Positions 1 through 11,820 are shown, counted from the stretch's first letter. The stretch is DNA of 39,227 nt from an uncultured Nitrososphaerales archaeon (GCA_963709405.1 CAVPXM010000051.1:1-39227), one strand, 5' to 3'. Program-made: numbers and translations. The notes: a model not told the origin generated them from the letters alone.

Positions 1-605
1 AGATATGTATAATGCATTAGTAATATCAATTGATAGTATCGCTAATTGACATAATAGTATCATCCGTTCCTTTATATTTTATGGAAGATGTACCTGTCAG
101 ATTTTGTTTCCTCATCTGAACTATCGAATATCATTCTCATACCATCACTTTTCTAGATCTCGGATCAACATCTTAGAATGCACTTTAAGTTAATCTAATT
201 CGCAATGCCAGTATATGATATGCTATGTGTTGATGTTTATGTTTTGGAATATTTAGGCTCTTCTTTATACAGTTTTTTGCTTAAATCTATTGTCTGTTGG
301 ATTTCATAAATTAGGCAGGGTTATAAAATCTCTATCTAACCTTCAGCAATCAGTTTCTTAATTTGTGAGTCTCTTTTTCTATCATTTTTATTGTTCTTCT
401 ATTCCGTTTTTAGTTCCAGAGTGGACATTATCTATCCTCTAAAAAGTATCATAAATTTTCACTCTTTGATTTCCTGCAATTATATACTCAAATATCATTC
501 CATTATCTCTATGTTACTGGCAAATGTTTTTAGCCGTAATGTATAGCTGGTTTTCTTCCATCTGTTTCTGATTTGCTTGTTCTCAAGTATAACTAGGCTC
601 GCGAA

Positions 606-1277
606 ATGAGTCGGTACGACGATGTTTTATCTGAACTGAGACAGAAAGGATCTTTACTCGCTAATCAATATATAGCAGAACTCTACAACATTTTAAGGGA
701 AGAAGAAAAACTTCCTCCTATTGACTGTAGCGCGAAAATTGAGCACGATTGCGTGGATTTGTGGTCAAAGGCTACAATAACGAAATATATGCCTCAAGAG
801 GCTAAAGACACCAAGAAGCAGAAAGCAGGTAAGGTTGGCGCAGAATCTAAATCCAAAAAGAAGGAGGCATTGCTATTAGTATCACGCGCTTCAAACGATG
901 GTGTTAGAACAAATCTAGCAGAAAATGACTCGATTAACCAAAAGTAGGTAGAATCAAGTAGATTCCAAGATGAAGATAATCCGCAATCATTAGTAAGTAG
1001 CGGTGATGGTGAACTTTCAGAATCAGACGATACTACTAAACCTATGTCTTATGACGATGCGATGATAGAGCCCCCAAAATCATTAATTCAGGAATTGCCT
1101 GAGCAAAAGCATTCGGATGTGAGGTCGAGTTATGGAATATTAACACTTTCAAGTAAATTCGTGGAAGAAATACATGACCTAGTAGACGTTGCACAAGATA
1201 GCGGACAGGGTAACACTCCTGAATTTAAACTCCGACATAATGGACTACAAGTGACAGATATATGGGTATCACTTTGA
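606..1277 (+). pseudogene. Hypothetical protein split by one in-frame TAG (945-947)
   Basis: ORFs 606-947 and 1044-1277 are in the same frame; 948-1043 reads open (VESSRFQDEDNPQSLV...). Confidence 0.7.
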
Positions 1278-1813
1278 ATATGAGATATGAATTATTACTA
1301 TAATCCTTTTAAAATAACTTTAATGTGAGGCTCGGCTAGGTTAGAGTTAGATACTTGCACCAGAGATATCAAAAATAATAACATCTTTTTCTAATTTAGC
1401 TTTGAGACTCTTAATGTGCATCTTTGAAATAAGTTACAATGAGAATGAAATTCTGACATGAATGACAGTATGTTATAATCAATAAGCTTGATATTCATTT
1501 ACATGCAAATTCGATAAGTAAATTTCTTAACCTTGCCAGCTGTCCATCTCGATATCAAAACTGTAATTACATAATTGTTCCATTAGTCTTAAACTCATAA
1601 TCTGCTAATCTCTTTATCTGCTCTTGTGCTAGCATTCCATTTGCAAATATTAAGACGCTACATGTATTACATCTCAACATGATACTACGTGTCTTCCTAT
1701 GCTTAAGTGTAGCCATGGAATAAGATAAAATGCAATAAACAATCCGTTCCCATGATCCCAAAATACTCAATGTGTTACTAATATAATACATTGCAATCCG
1801 GAGCTATATATAG

Positions 1814-1849
1814 CGGTCGAAGAAGAGAATGCTTTACTACCTTCGACCG
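1814..1849. terminator. 9-bp inverted repeat, possible terminator of the minus-strand gene ending at 1857
   Basis: cggtcgaag (1814-1822) / cttcgaccg (1841-1849). Confidence 0.35.
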
Positions 1850-1856
1850 TATTGTT

Positions 1857-1964
1857 CTATGAAGGTAAGTATTCTATATTGCCTCCTGCCAGCTCATTTT
1901 CAGCGATTCTAAAGGCCAAGGCACTAATCGTTAATGAAGGATTCACACCCAGAGATGATGGGAG
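1857..1964 (-). pseudogene. C-terminal remnant of a GMC oxidoreductase (cholesterol-oxidase-like)
   Basis: Minus strand reads LPSSLGVNPSLTISALAFRIAENELAGGNIEYLPS*, matching the GxNPxLTIxALAxR terminus of GMC oxidoreductases. Confidence 0.8.
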
Positions 1965-3222
1965 AAGGAATCCGATGAATCTATTGGGAAGGATGATGAC
2001 GGTATTGGAATATCGTAACCATGATACCAGTTAGGTATAGGATGGGCATTATTTCTCCAATAATGTTTTACCTTCTTCCCAGTCGAGACGAGTGTTTCGA
2101 AGTTACCATGAATTCCACGTATCAGGCCATCTGAATCCATTTCTAAGGGTATTCCAACAATTTCTTTATTAGCCCAGTCGCTTTGGATAAGACTCCCATT
2201 ATGAGACGATCCCCATCGTGGCAAGAATTCTGAGTCATCCGGAAGCATTTCATGTAAACATCGTTCTTCAGCTTCTAACGTCAAGGATTTGCCCTCATAA
2301 TAGTAACTGAATCCTGAATCAGGATTTTTCAATAATTCAAAATCTTCTAAACCTGAAAAATCTGCCGTCGTAACATTGTGCCATATGTCAAAAGTTATAA
2401 CGTCCTTCCCTTGTCTTTCCCAACCCTTCCACCAGTTATCAAAATCGTCTGGAAGACATGAAGAGTCTTTTGAACAAACTCTTATTCTGCTATCAATCAG
2501 AGCCCTCAGATCACATTTCATTACGCGGAGAGTTTGAATTGCTTTAAAACACTCGCTTATGCCACCTAAGATATACTCTATATTCCTCGCTACGGCTTCG
2601 TCCTCTGCCGGAGTTCTTCGGACATCTGAGCCAGCACCCGGCAGCCAAAAATCAAACTTGGTATTAAGCCACTTTGCAACTGTGATTTCGTTTTTAAGTA
2701 TATCTATTCGTAGACGAGTGATTTTTTGAGAGTTTCGTAATATGTATAAACGGGCCCTAAGTTCTAATTTTCGGTTTACAACATCGAATGCTCGCATGTA
2801 TCCATAATCCATAGATATTTTGATGAGACCCGGATCAATTTCGCGCGTCCCATGTACATTGAAATCTGGTCTGATAATACTCACAGGGACTTTCCATCGG
2901 TCGTGAGGGGAAGCTTCAACTCTTATGTTTTCTTCTTCCACAGCATCCAAAGAATGTTCAAGGATTTTTAGTAGATCCATTGACGCTGCTTGAGGTTGTA
3001 TAGGCGCGTTACAGATAATGGCATACACGGTAGCAGCTCCTGCATCGATTGCTGCTGTGATAGGTACTATCTTTCTTACGCCTCCGTCAACTTGGAGTTC
3101 GTCAAGCAAGAGCTTCGGTGTAAAGTAGATGGGTATAGCGAGCAGAAGCCAAAACTGCATCTGCAAAATTCACGTGTATAATATCTCCACTGTTATCTTT
3201 CAAAGGCTTGTTCTCATAAACT
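1943..3222 (-). pseudogene. Truncated patatin-like phospholipase domain protein with the start of a C-terminal repeat domain
   Basis: DAVLASA-(frameshift)-AIPIYF and VDGGVR (DGG motif) are present; N-terminal GxGxxG and GxSxG motifs are absent; one HGNFE...HYWRNN unit lies near the end. Confidence 0.7.
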
Positions 3223-3473
3223 TATCACATTTATATTGATATTCAATATGATCCTAATTGGTTCAGTTCTCTGATAATAGTATGTCGATCAAGATTATGA
3301 GTTTAAAGAAGATTGATCCAATATTCTTTGGTTACATTGATTTGTATAATAAAGAGGGATTAATCCGCCTGATAAAATATGTGATTGACCCCAGACTAAA
3401 TATTTTTCTTAATTTCCTTTTTTGTTCTGATCCAAAATCCATTGTAAAATATTGCTTGATTGATTAAGTGATA

Positions 3474-4955
3474 CTATCGACCTGGTCTAAGCTTGTAGTT
3501 CAGTAAAGACATCCTAAATGCATCAAAAATATCGTTATACGAAGTAGCATCTTTATCTAAGCTTCCTGTGTTGGTATTTACCACTGCTGTTCTCAATGAT
3601 GTAATCAACTTTTGAAAAGTATGATGTATTTTTATTTTCTTGAGAGATATCAATTCATTAGTATGAGCTAGCATGTCTTTATGCATAGATGCAAAATTAA
3701 CTGGAAATACTTGTACATTATTATAGTCTACCCTAGGATCATACATGTGATTTATGATGTTCTTTTGTTCCGTATATGTTCTATAGTCATAGTCTCCAAC
3801 TTGATATTTTAGTGTGCTGATAAAGCCTGCATTTGAAGCATCTATGAATATTTTTGTGATATGGTGTTTATTCTTTAGTTTACGAATGAGATCTATCATA
3901 TCATTATGTAAAGGTCGGTTAAAACTTTCAGCATAGATAACCTCTACTGCTCCACCTTTACCCTGTGTAATAACTATACCAAATTCTGAGCTACCAAATC
4001 CTTCATCTATTCCCATACTTCTACCTAAAGCAGTTGATATACTCCAAGCATCGTTAGGTTCATAAGTCTCGGCGATGGCGTTATCAATATCCAGCTGATG
4101 GAATGCATTTCCTATCAAACCAAGATATTTGAGGTCATATTCTCTATCAAATGAAGGAGACTGTCTTGCTTTCTGAATCTCTTCTTTAGTGTATATTTTT
4201 CCAAGACCATAAGTATAATCTAATTTTAATCTCTTGTACAAACATATCTCTTCTGGTTCTCTCTCTATCTTCTCGAATAGACCATCTGGTGCATTAGGGG
4301 TGCTAACCATGACTATGAATGGATCTGATTTTGCAATATATCGCTCTGACACATGTCTTACATCTTCTTGTTCTGACTTTCGGAAGAAATCGGATTCATC
4401 AATAAATATGAATTTGGGATTGTCCAATGCTCTGTATGAGTCTAGATGATTGGATGGAAAGGCTTCTATTGTACATTGATTTAACTCTAGAACAGTTTCT
4501 TTGTTATTGAATGTAATTCGATGTTTTTCTTCAAATAAGGCTTTTAATCTCTTTATGAGTTTGATTGCAATGTCTATGTTAGGACCTGTTACTATACAGA
4601 TCTGAGAGCCTTGATATTCGTTGTTCCTTAGACACAACCATGCAATGTATCTTAGAAAGAACTCTGTGATACCCAATCCAGTAGCTTTCTTTATCCATAT
4701 ATATTTATGAGACTCCAAGCTGTCGAATATTATCTTCTGATAGTCATAGAGAGGTTTTTCTATTCCATTCTTCTTTGGAAGTCTTATGATATGATTAAAA
4801 CAACAATCTCCGTTTGTCTTAATGTCATCTAGCCTATGCTGTTCAGAATTCCAAATCCAAAACTCTTTTCCTTTTAAGGTATTAAAAAGTCCGGTTTGTT
4901 GTTCTAGTTGAACTGAGGTTCCTTGTATTATCTTCTGAAGATCCTTGAATGTCAT
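3474..4955 (-). CDS. terL: Terminase large subunit-like ATPase/nuclease
   Basis: LYDYQ adenine-binding motif, Walker A-like KKATGLGITE, Walker B FIFIDE, coupling motif STPN, and RNase H-type nuclease motifs GIDEGFG, FIDAS and NDIFDA. Confidence 0.85.
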   Translation of the reverse strand: MTFKDLQKIIQGTSVQLEQQTGLFNTLKGKEFWIWNSEQHRLDDIKTNGDCCFNHIIRLPKKNGIEKPLYDYQKIIFDSLESHKYIWIKKATGLGITEFFLRYIAWLCLRNNEYQGSQICIVTGPNIDIAIKLIKRLKALFEEKHRITFNNKETVLELNQCTIEAFPSNHLDSYRALDNPKFIFIDESDFFRKSEQEDVRHVSERYIAKSDPFIVMVSTPNAPDGLFEKIEREPEEICLYKRLKLDYTYGLGKIYTKEEIQKARQSPSFDREYDLKYLGLIGNAFHQLDIDNAIAETYEPNDAWSISTALGRSMGIDEGFGSSEFGIVITQGKGGAVEVIYAESFNRPLHNDMIDLIRKLKNKHHITKIFIDASNAGFISTLKYQVGDYDYRTYTEQKNIINHMYDPRVDYNNVQVFPVNFASMHKDMLAHTNELISLKKIKIHHTFQKLITSLRTAVVNTNTGSLDKDATSYNDIFDAFRMSLLNYKLRPGR

Positions 4956-5070
4956 TCCTGTTATTCTTGTCGGTAATATTATCTTCTCGTCTTTTCTCTA
5001 AGCTGGTGTCCGGGTTTACGGCTTCTAGCTTGTCTTTAGAACTCTCTACAAATTTGATTGCATCACTTAA

Positions 5071-6247
5071 CAGTTATGTAAAGAATATGTAATGCTCTTC
5101 TGTAAACTAACAGTGCTCGTTCAGATACCATAACACCTTTAGCTTACTCTCTTTTAAATTATCAGCATGAGGGATACATTCCTCAGATTGCTTACAAATA
5201 ATGAAAAGAATAGGTTACATGATAGCATACTTGAGGATAGAGAATCTGGATACCGTGCAAAGATTATTCTTCTTAAGGATGATGGATACACAGTTCCTGA
5301 AATAAGGAAGGCAACTAACCATCATGATAGCAACATAAGAAAATGGATTCATCGTTTCAATGAAAAAGGTATAGATGGAATAGCATCAAAAATACACAAG
5401 CATAAACCAATCAAAATATCTGACGATATGGAGAATAAGATTGTGGAGATAGCAACCAAAAATTCAAGAAAAGATTATGGATTACCATTTTCCACATGGT
5501 CATTAAGAGTACTAGCAGGATTTGTCTCCAAGGAGATGAGCCTTGTAGATGCTATCAGCCACACCGAGGTTAGAAATATCCTCCTAAAACACGGAATAAA
5601 ATATAGGCAGTCAAAGATTACTCTGGAATACAGCCTAGATCCTGAATATCATTTGAAAAAAAGAGAATTGAAGAACTAAGATACAGTAACCTGTCTTCTG
5701 ACTCAGTACTACTCTACGAGGATGAGAAAGGACCGATAGTAGCAAAAACATATGGCGGTACATCTTGGTCCTCTACACAGTCTAAGGTATCCAAAGCTCA
5801 AAAGACAAAGGGAATTCTAAACGTGTTTGGTATATACGATTATACCAATGATCAAATGTGGACGCATGGCTACAAAAAGAAAACCGGAAAACAGTTTTTA
5901 GATTTTATCAAAAGAATGGACCAAAAGTATGACGATAGTATCAAGCAGATATTTCTGATACTTGATAACGCATCGATACATAAATCAAACAAGGTGAAAG
6001 CAGTATTATCCAAATATCATCCAAGGATACACCTTGTATTTCTTCCCACCAGATCACCCGAGCTCAATCTGATAGAGGTAAGATGGCTATGGATGCAACG
6101 ACAAGCAATAAACAATTCCACCTTTCAAAATGAACGTGATATAGGTAAAGCAGTATCTGATTGGGCATGTGATTATAATAAAAACATAGAGGCAAAACTA
6201 GTATAAACAGTTTACATGGAGAAAGCATCTACATGTTTACATAACTC
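5071..6247 (+). mobile_element. IS630-family element, copy 1 (1177 bp)
   Basis: Imperfect TIR (c/g)agttatgtaaa; flanked by TTAA at 5067-5070 and 6248-6251; near-identical to 26646-27822. Confidence 0.95.
5167..6206 (+). CDS. IS630 transposase (two ORFs joined by a probable -1 programmed frameshift at A7G near 5656-5663)
   Basis: HTH-containing ORF A; the -1 frame is open through YEDEKG, LDNAS and PELNLIE (DDE motifs). Confidence 0.9.
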
Positions 6248-6893
6248 TTAACACAGAGGCATTCGTGAGCAAGTCCATTTTGTATTTGTAACAATCATTT
6301 GCTAATGATAATGCTTGAAGTTTTAGTCTATTATCTTGAGGTAGTTTATTAACCATGTCCCATGCAATCTTTAATACCTGATTAAATCCTGTTAGGCATC
6401 ACTGATATTCCTCCGGTAATTTCTCATTGATGTGTAATTTGATTTCTTCTTTTGCTTTTGATCTCAGATACTGTACATCCCTACTTATTGTAGATTGACT
6501 GATTTGAAGAACCTCTGCAATATCATACTGGTTTTGTCCTTGTACTAACAATTCAAGTACTTTACTACGACGCCAGTCTACTTGCTTTTTAAATGGAGTC
6601 GAAGCTATATTAATAATTATTATTCCCTCCTTCTTGTTCACTGTAGAAAGATTTATTCTTACCACTATTCATATATACGGTTACTGTATATAGGTAACTA
6701 CATAGCTTTAAACCTTTCGCTTGATTCATTAGCATTTGTCATTAATTCACATTTTGAACTTGTTAGTAGTCTTTCATTCATATTTAAGATGATGATGGTA
6801 TACATATTCAGAAACTATTTTTCTATACACAAATGATAATTGTACTTTATAAGTATTGGATGAATTTCAATAGTGTGCGAGTTTGAAACAGAA

Positions 6894-7124
6894 CTATCGT
6901 AGAAGTTGAGTGATATGGCGACGAACAGGTACCACGCCGATATAACAAGCCGATTCTATTCCGATGAAGATCCAGATAAGAGAAGATGTGTGAGATATAT
7001 TGATGACAAACAGAATCAACGAAAAAATAACAATATTTGCAAGTCCAATCGTCGCAAGTCCTTTCCACAAATATTCCCAAAACCGTAAATTCATCGGATA
7101 AAATATTAAAAAATAAAGCAACAT
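6894..7124 (-). CDS. Small two-TM membrane protein, hypothetical
   Basis: Two hydrophobic segments followed by a basic tail. Confidence 0.4.
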   Translation of the reverse strand: MLLYFLIFYPMNLRFWEYLWKGLATIGLANIVIFSLILFVINISHTSSLIWIFIGIESACYIGVVPVRRHITQLLR

Positions 7125-7609
7125 AAGAATTTAATATTTTCATTCCATCATATTTCTTTACCTCGATTTCAGCTATATGTGGAAAATAATATAGTATAAG
7201 TCTATTTTTTAATTGTTGTAGATTGAACCATGCTTTTTTACCAAAATTATCTTAGGCGTTTTCGATGATTTATTTACACTTATGAGTGGTGTCAAAGGCA
7301 GCATCTTCAATTTCAAAGTTTCATGTCTTATCTCAATAGCTATTACCATCCATTATTGAGATCGTATAATCTAGTAGTGATTATTTTTCAATGATGCAAC
7401 CCAAGATTCAGAGAGCCTAACACTGGCCGTCTTTGATGGAAGACGTCTCCACCGATTGATATGTTGCCTCCTGCCATAAAGCTGCCGGGGCTTGAACTCG
7501 AATTCCCAACTATGCTCGAATTGGCCGCTCATACGTATTAACCGTAAAGCATAGCGACCATAACCGTTGCACTTGGTGGTAATAGGCAATCGGTCAATAC
7601 TCTGGAAAT

Positions 7610-7654
7610 GTTCACTCTCTAGTGAACCACGATATTTTTTTATTTTATTTTTTA
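7610..7654 (+). terminator. Hairpin followed by a T-rich tract
   Basis: gttcact-ctct-agtgaac, then a long T-rich run (about 7635-7654). Confidence 0.35.
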
Positions 7655-8450
7655 CACAAGTTTGTTCTGTAAGGTGAAAGCGATAATTGAAGCCATTAAT
7701 AAATTAACGATTTATTGATATAGATTAGCCGACTGATTTTCGAAGACATGTGGCTTTCTTTTCAGGACTGACATCCTAGGTTCCAGACAGTCTCGAAGTT
7801 TGCCCTTACCATCACAGAGTGGGACTCCTCGTCAATTGTTTGCAATTAGCGACTACCTATTTTTCTATGATGACAACCATACATTTCCAAGGACATAATG
7901 GGCCTTTACCCGCTATGCAGATCTGTATGATGGATCATTCCTCTCTTCCGATCAGTCGACATATATTATACTCCAAACTAACTAATATACTTTTATTGAA
8001 TTAGTCCCATTCAAAAATTAACCAAAAATTTAACATCACTATTTATGTGAAATACTTAAATCATTTCTTATAATATTTGAATGTTTATTTTATCGTGTTC
8101 GTTACCGATCATGTCCATTTTTCTTACGAAAAAATCATCTGCCTCTATGGTTTTTAATGAATTACACTATTATCTTTGAAATAACTATTATAAATTAGCC
8201 GCTATTATAACTGTCTTAATTCTATAGGTAGAATAAGCCCGCATATATTGTATTTTATGAAGATGTATAGACACTCTACTGAGTAAATTGATAACGGGAA
8301 TCCGCTAATCTTTGTTTTGTATCCATATCTTCCAGTTGTCTAATGAAGACATACATATGATAGAGCCACACAATCGTCATATTTTCAAGTATTCTAATAA
8401 TGAGGGCTCAATTGGTCCGTCCGTCCGTCCATCAGCTTGCAGCAAAAGTA

Positions 8451-9377
8451 TTAGTTCCATAAATGTAGTATATCAAGAATAGTCCACTTTGTCTGAATAG
8501 CATTGACTGGATGATACGATACTAGCACTTTAGTGCCATTAATTACTTCCACGATAGAACCAGCCTTTCCGGCTACGGCATTTTTGAAACTCTGGAAATT
8601 AGCAAATGATTGATTTGAATTTAGTGCTTGGCTTTTATCTGAATCTGCTATCTTCTGACCGTAGTGATCAACTAAAACAATATGTTCGTTATTGGTAAGG
8701 TTAAGTGATTGTAGCAATTTGTTAAAGACCGCTAAGTTTAAACCACCAGCCCAGATGCCCAGAAGAGATGGTCTACTACTATTATTATTTTCAGTAGAGT
8801 AAATTGGAACTGCAATATTGGCTTGTGGAAAACCTGAAGAAGCAGAAATGACAACATTGCCAAGATATGTCATATGTGTGCTAACAGCTCCTTTATAATA
8901 ATCTCTAAAATCAAAGTTGCTTTTGGTGAGGTTGAGCTGACGGGAATATGGTTCCTCCATATACATATAACCGTTAGGCATAAGAAAAAATATGACCCCA
9001 AAATCCTTGTCTGCTGACAGAATATCTCGTGCTACCTTTCTTTTTTGAATATCTACATCTGCAGCTATTCCATGTAACGTCAGATTAAGAGAAGACGCGT
9101 ATGCATGATTTTTTACTTCCGGCAATTTGCTTGTTATTTCTAATATTGCAGCTGATTTGTTGAGCCGGTTTGCTAAATTGTTAGCCAATAGTGACACGAT
9201 GGGAGCTTTGTTGTTGCTCGTAGTTTGATAATGAGTTTGATTCTGGTTACCTTGTGCAATTGCTAAAGTCATAGGCTTCATTACAGTTGTTGTGGCAACG
9301 TTAACCAAGCATAACGTCACAACTATGTATACAGCTAATTTTATGTTCATAAAATGAAGTATAGAAAATCTTCTCAT
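8451..9377 (-). CDS. Secreted or membrane-anchored stand-alone Cache (dCache-like) domain protein
   Basis: Signal-like N-terminus, NFDFRDYYKGA, IAVPIY and LVDHYGQKIADS; no second TM or signalling domain. Confidence 0.8.
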   Translation of the reverse strand: MRRFSILHFMNIKLAVYIVVTLCLVNVATTTVMKPMTLAIAQGNQNQTHYQTTSNNKAPIVSLLANNLANRLNKSAAILEITSKLPEVKNHAYASSLNLTLHGIAADVDIQKRKVARDILSADKDFGVIFFLMPNGYMYMEEPYSRQLNLTKSNFDFRDYYKGAVSTHMTYLGNVVISASSGFPQANIAVPIYSTENNNSSRPSLLGIWAGGLNLAVFNKLLQSLNLTNNEHIVLVDHYGQKIADSDKSQALNSNQSFANFQSFKNAVAGKAGSIVEVINGTKVLVSYHPVNAIQTKWTILDILHLWN

Positions 9378-9778
9378 GTGGCATATGCACCTATATTCGA
9401 TACCTTATTTTCTTAATTTGGATAACAAGACAAGTATACTATAAGTGTTCTTGTTGTGAAATTCCATAAGTGAAATTCAGAGACACAGACATTCAAAAAA
9501 GAATCAAGAATACAGACTTAACTAGATGATGATAGACAGGAAATGGGGCTTATACGAATAAGATCCAGATAATAAGATAATTCATGCTTCCCAATATTAC
9601 CTGATAGAGTGGGCGGCCATAAGAACTATGCAAAGTCATCTATAGAATGGGATATCATATGATAAACTTGCGATCTGCATTATCTTTTACAGTTAGGCAT
9701 AAGCAGAATTTCAAAAGTCGGTGAGAGCTGTAAAATTTGAATATGACCAAGATTGCATTATTATTGTTATAGTGAATA

Positions 9779-9949
9779 GCGAATATGACCTATGAACTAG
9801 TTATTAGACATATGATAAGAAAACCTGTTATTCAGATCAAGGATTCATCAGATCCTTTGCCATTTGATATTACAGACGTTAGGAGGATTAGCTTTGATTA
9901 TCGGTACGTGGAGAGCATGGAATGGTGTAAGGATAAGGTTTCCATATAG
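9779..9949 (+). pseudogene. Fragment of a nucleoside 2-deoxyribosyltransferase-fold protein
   Basis: Reads ANMTYELVIRHMIRKPVIQIKDSSDPLPFDITDVRRISFDY, matching NxxYELxxxH...KP...LPFD. Confidence 0.75.
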
Positions 9950-9999
9950 TTTTGTTAATTTAAGCGGTTTAGAGTAGTGATATTAGACTACTCTAGTTA

Positions 10000-10176
10000 T
10001 CAATATCTGCCAAAAATACCTCCTAAATTCCTTACTCCACCAGTATTATTTTCATAAGATTTTTTCGTAGATCGTCGTAATACTATAATTGTACCGATTG
10101 CTGCTAGGATGTATCCGGCTGCTAAACTAGCAGCTAATACTGAACCTTCGTCGGGCTGATGATAAAGGGGTTCCTT
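10000..10176 (-). pseudogene. C-terminal fragment of a membrane-anchored protein
   Basis: Reads EPLYHQPDEGSVLAASLAAGYILAAIGTIIVLRRSTKK...GRY* with no start codon. Confidence 0.45.
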
Positions 10177-11678
10177 TTATTGAAGGACAGACGCACCTGG
10201 ATCTTTACAAGGTATTTCGAAATGAAATGATCAAAACCTCCATTTTCAAAAATAAATATAGGTCTTTGAAACTTGATGAAGTATCTACAGCAATTCTAGG
10301 AAGAGGAAAAATTGCAAATGCAACCGGTGAAAACATCTATACCAAGTCTATAGAAGAGCAAAAGCGGTACGTTCTGAGAGATGCTGAACTCGTAATGGAT
10401 CTATCAAAGGTTGATAATAATGAAATTCTCGACCTTATGCTGGTAATAGCAGAACTAACCGGACTCAGTTTAGAAGAAGTCTGTCATACTAGCATATCCA
10501 GATGGTGGTCAAAAGTCTTTGAAGGTATGGGATTTTTGTTGTCAACATCAAACAGCAGCGAAAATATCCAACAAAAATATGAATATGAGGGTGGTAAGGT
10601 AATTGAACCAAAAAAAGGCGTATATCATGATCTAAGAGTAGTTGATGTTGTCAGTCTATACCCATCTATAGCAATCTTGTATAATATCTCATTTGATACT
10701 GTTAATTGCAAGTGCTGCTCAAACAGACAGGATGCAAAGATTCCTCCAGAAGTTCTAGACAAAGGATATTGGATATGCAAACTAAAAGAAGGCGCCTTTC
10801 CAATGAAGTTAAGAGAATTCAAAACAGAGAGAGATATGCAGAAGCATCTAGGTAATAATGTTAAACAGCAAGGACTCAAGATCCTCATAAATGGAGGATA
10901 TGGATTATTTGGTAATCCCACATTCAAGTATGCCGATATCAGAGTAGCTGAACTAATCACGGCTTATGGTAGGCACACTCTTAATCAGATGCAATTTATA
11001 GCCATATCTAATGGTTTTGATGTTGTAGGAGGAGATACTGATTCGTTATTTCTCCTGATCAATGCTGATAAAGATATCTCAAGGTTCATTTGAGAATGTA
11101 AAGATAAGTTAGGAATTGAAGTTGGACATGACAAGACATTTACAAAGGCAATTATCACAAAGAAAAAGCATTACCTGGGAGTTACTGATAAAGGAGATAT
11201 TGTTATCAGAGGCATGGAAGGCGCTAAAAATGATCGCCCTACATGGATTAACAATACGTTTAATCAGTTTGTAAAGGAGATTGTTAGAGATGGTGTAGAT
11301 CCTTTGGTAAACTTAAGTAATTCAATTAACGAACTTGAAGAGAGTAAAATAAATGTAAATGATTTGAAGATATCCGTCAAACTTTCAAAGGATCCAGATC
11401 AATATACAGTGAACCATGCCCAAAAGAAAATAGGTCTCAAACTCAATCTTAAAACAGGAGATGTTATTCAGTATTACAAGTCTGATAATGAAGATGGAAT
11501 ATCATTAGATCCAAATTATATCAGCATCAGAAAATACAAAACAATGTTATGGAATTCAGTTAAAGACCTTCTAGAAGTTGCAGGTTATGATATTACAGCA
11601 ATAGAGCGGAAGTTCGTCGTAAATAATTGTAGTAAGCCAAGGAATATTGGACGACTTTCTGAGGTAGCCAATATGTGA
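10158..11678 (+). pseudogene. polB: Family B DNA polymerase, 5'-truncated, with an in-frame TGA at 11091-11093
   Basis: Motif A DVVSLYPS, motif B KILINGGYG, motif C GGDTDS, KKHY and a CKCC...WIC insert. Both ORFs share a frame and the gap is open. Upstream the frame reads GQTHLDLYKVF, but the exonuclease N-terminus is missing. Confidence 0.9.
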
Positions 11679-11742
11679 TAGTTACCTAATATCTAGCACT
11701 TAACGACCACACGACAAAGGCTTCCAGTGGCGTGGTTGAGAA

Positions 11743-11771
11743 TTACTTTCCAGTTCCGTACTGGAAAGTAA
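11743..11771. promoter_or_regulatory. Perfect 12-bp stem hairpin between polB and the SSB-like gene
   Basis: ttactttccagt-tccgt-actggaaagtaa. Confidence 0.7.
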
Positions 11772-11820
11772 CTAATTTGTCAGACTCAAATCCAAAATAA
11801 AGGAGGTGATAGAAATAAAC

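Larger units (their letters stand above)
4882..6665 (-). pseudogene. HTH protein upstream of and overlapping terL (candidate small terminase subunit), disrupted by a TGA, a frameshift and IS630
   Basis: N-terminal HTH (QYDIAEVLQISQSTISRD), TGA at 6399-6401, frameshift near 6370. Removing the IS and one TTAA restores ...YKMDLLTNASVLSDAIKFVESSKDKL..., running to TAA at 4882-4884. Confidence 0.75.

Noticed and set aside
8415-8430. Short tetranucleotide runs: (GTCC)4, also (TTCA)n near 18152 and (GATT)4 near 32412
   Set aside because: Too short, with no evident effect on coding or promoters.
945-11093. Stop-codon recoding (TAG 945, TGA 6399, TGA 11091)
   Set aside because: The stops are of mixed type, two of the three genes carry other lesions, and TGA and TAG end intact genes such as arsM and arsC; no Sec/Pyl machinery is visible.
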